From positions 320,001 through 384,000 of the forward strand of contig CAVPCR010000005.1 in NCBI GenBank assembly GCA_963702435.1: DNA of 64,000 nt. Reading direction: 5' to 3'. Every line of letters starts with the position of its first letter. Positions within the stretch are counted from its first letter, which is position 1. A program made the position numbers and the translations under genes. The notes below the pieces were generated by a model. That model saw only the letters and a program-made list of their open reading frames with translations, was not told where the DNA came from and made no database searches. Source of the DNA: Candidatus Eiseniibacteriota bacterium. Lineage in GTDB: Bacteria; Eisenbacteria; RBG-16-71-46; CAVPCR01. Of this stretch, positions 62,892-64,000 are shown one piece after another.

Positions 62892-63857
62892 ATGACGGAC
62901 CACAAGGATCTCAAGCGGATCATCCGCGAGCGCCAGCGGAAGACCAGCGAGTCGTACACGACTGCGCGTACCCACGTGATGCGCCACCGCGCTGCGCTGC
63001 TCGGCCGCGTCGATGCCTCTCCAACCGCCGCAGACGCAGTGCGTGTCGAGGCGGTCATCCTCAAGGTGAACGAGCAATCGGCGCGCGTTCGCGTCCTCAA
63101 CCAGGACGGCCAGATCACATTCCGCTGTCGCGACGTCTGGCGCGTGGTTCCGGGACACCTCGTGACGCTCGTCGTCGAACGGCGCTGGACGTGGCGCGGC
63201 GATGCATACGCAAGCGGCAAGATCGAGGCCCCGCGCATCGACATCGCGAAGCTCGGGCTCGAGCCGCTGGCCCTCACGGGTGGCGAGCTGGAGGACGCCG
63301 CCGTCCACGTGGAACCGTACGCACCTCCTGACCCATACGCCCCGCTGTGGAGGGAGCTCACGGCCAAGCCGCGTCCGTCCTTCGAGTTCGACGGCATCGC
63401 CTGGGGTGCTTTCCCCGGAATGGACATCGAGGAAAACCTCACCCGCGAAGCGGCAGAGCTCGCCGAGGCCGGCGATGACCTGGACGCCGCGGATCTCCTC
63501 ATGGAGGCCCTGGGCCGGGATCTCCGCTGCATCGATGCGCACGCCCACCTGGGCAACCTGGCGTTCGATCGGTGGCCTGAACGGGCGATGGTCCACTACG
63601 AGATCGGGATCCGCATCGCGGAGCTGTCGCTGCCCACAGGCTTTGACGGACTGCTCGAATGGGGGCACGTCTTCAATCGGCCGTTCCTGCGCTGTCTCCA
63701 CGGCTTCGGGCTGTGTCTATGGAGGCTGGACCGAACGGCGGAGGCGCGTCAGGTGTTCGAACGCATCCTCTCACTCAGCCCGAATGACAACCAGGGCGTG
63801 CGGTTCTGCTGGAACGACGTGCGCAGCGGGCGAAGCTGGGCGGAGATGGTGGAATGA
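62892..63857 (+). CDS. Hypothetical protein: basic N-terminal helical module + beta-rich middle + TPR-like C-terminus
   Basis: MTDHKDLKRIIRERQRKTSESYTTARTHV; CIDAHAHLGN...NRPFLRCLHG...LSPNDNQGVR; GAGGAG RBS. Confidence 0.85.
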   Translation: MTDHKDLKRIIRERQRKTSESYTTARTHVMRHRAALLGRVDASPTAADAVRVEAVILKVNEQSARVRVLNQDGQITFRCRDVWRVVPGHLVTLVVERRWTWRGDAYASGKIEAPRIDIAKLGLEPLALTGGELEDAAVHVEPYAPPDPYAPLWRELTAKPRPSFEFDGIAWGAFPGMDIEENLTREAAELAEAGDDLDAADLLMEALGRDLRCIDAHAHLGNLAFDRWPERAMVHYEIGIRIAELSLPTGFDGLLEWGHVFNRPFLRCLHGFGLCLWRLDRTAEARQVFERILSLSPNDNQGVRFCWNDVRSGRSWAEMVE

Positions 63858-64000
63858 GGGAACCGATCCTCCTGCGCGATCCCAAGCTTCGTCTTGTGGT
63901 CGAGCGTCTGGTCCAGGCCTACCAGCCGGAGCGCATCTATCTCTTTGGCTCCATCGCACGCGGCGACGCGGACTCGGACAGCGACTATGACCTCATGGTC
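63854..64000 (+). CDS. Minimal nucleotidyltransferase (MNT/MntA-like), partial
   Basis: My own translation: MREPILLRDPKLRLVVERLVQAYQPERIYLFGSIARGDADSDSDYDLMV (GS...DxD motif); ATGA overlap with the upstream stop. Confidence 0.88.
   Translation, partial: MREPILLRDPKLRLVVERLVQAYQPERIYLFGSIARGDADSDSDYDLMV

Noticed and set aside
59699..63556. 1285-aa ORF as a single gene
   Set aside because: Only ~61310-61747 is real coding sequence (N-terminus of the propeller protein); the rest is off-frame or antisense.

Overview
A very GC-rich bacterial chromosomal window holding about 48 genes or gene remnants. I found no rRNA, tRNA, CRISPR array or IS element. Housekeeping content includes M1 and M16 peptidases, a bacterioferritin-like protein, fumC, malQ, ligD, a Cys/Met PLP lyase, eno-ftsB and VKOR. 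Regulators include a sensor kinase with an NtrC-type partner, a second NtrC/NtrX-like regulator, a CarH/LitR-type B12 photoreceptor, an ECF sigma/anti-sigma operon and two Fis-HTH proteins. Many envelope or secreted proteins are present, five of them ending in a FlgD-Ig/T9SS-like C-terminal domain. That domain, with the high GC, suggests an Eisenbacteria/Latescibacterota/Krumholzibacteriota-like FCB-associated lineage (inference). Several genes carry single-base frameshifts that look like long-read consensus errors. The most notable unannotated signals are: (1) a ~140-nt pseudoknotted leader RNA candidate in front of a gene with a basic N-terminal helical module, translationally coupled to a minimal nucleotidyltransferase (62.7-64 kb); (2) a sigma54-type promoter architecture (tandem UAS, IHF-like site, -24/-12) driving a ~360-nt highly structured non-coding segment with an anti-SD-like tract, upstream of a two-component system (7.6-8.1 kb); (3) a CarH-type operator and ECF-like promoter ahead of a fasciclin-CarH-TIGR01777 module with no carotenoid genes; (4) an Omp28/TlpA/DUF6029 thiol-redox envelope cluster; and (5) gene scars flanking a sigma54-driven pair of large secreted proteins.
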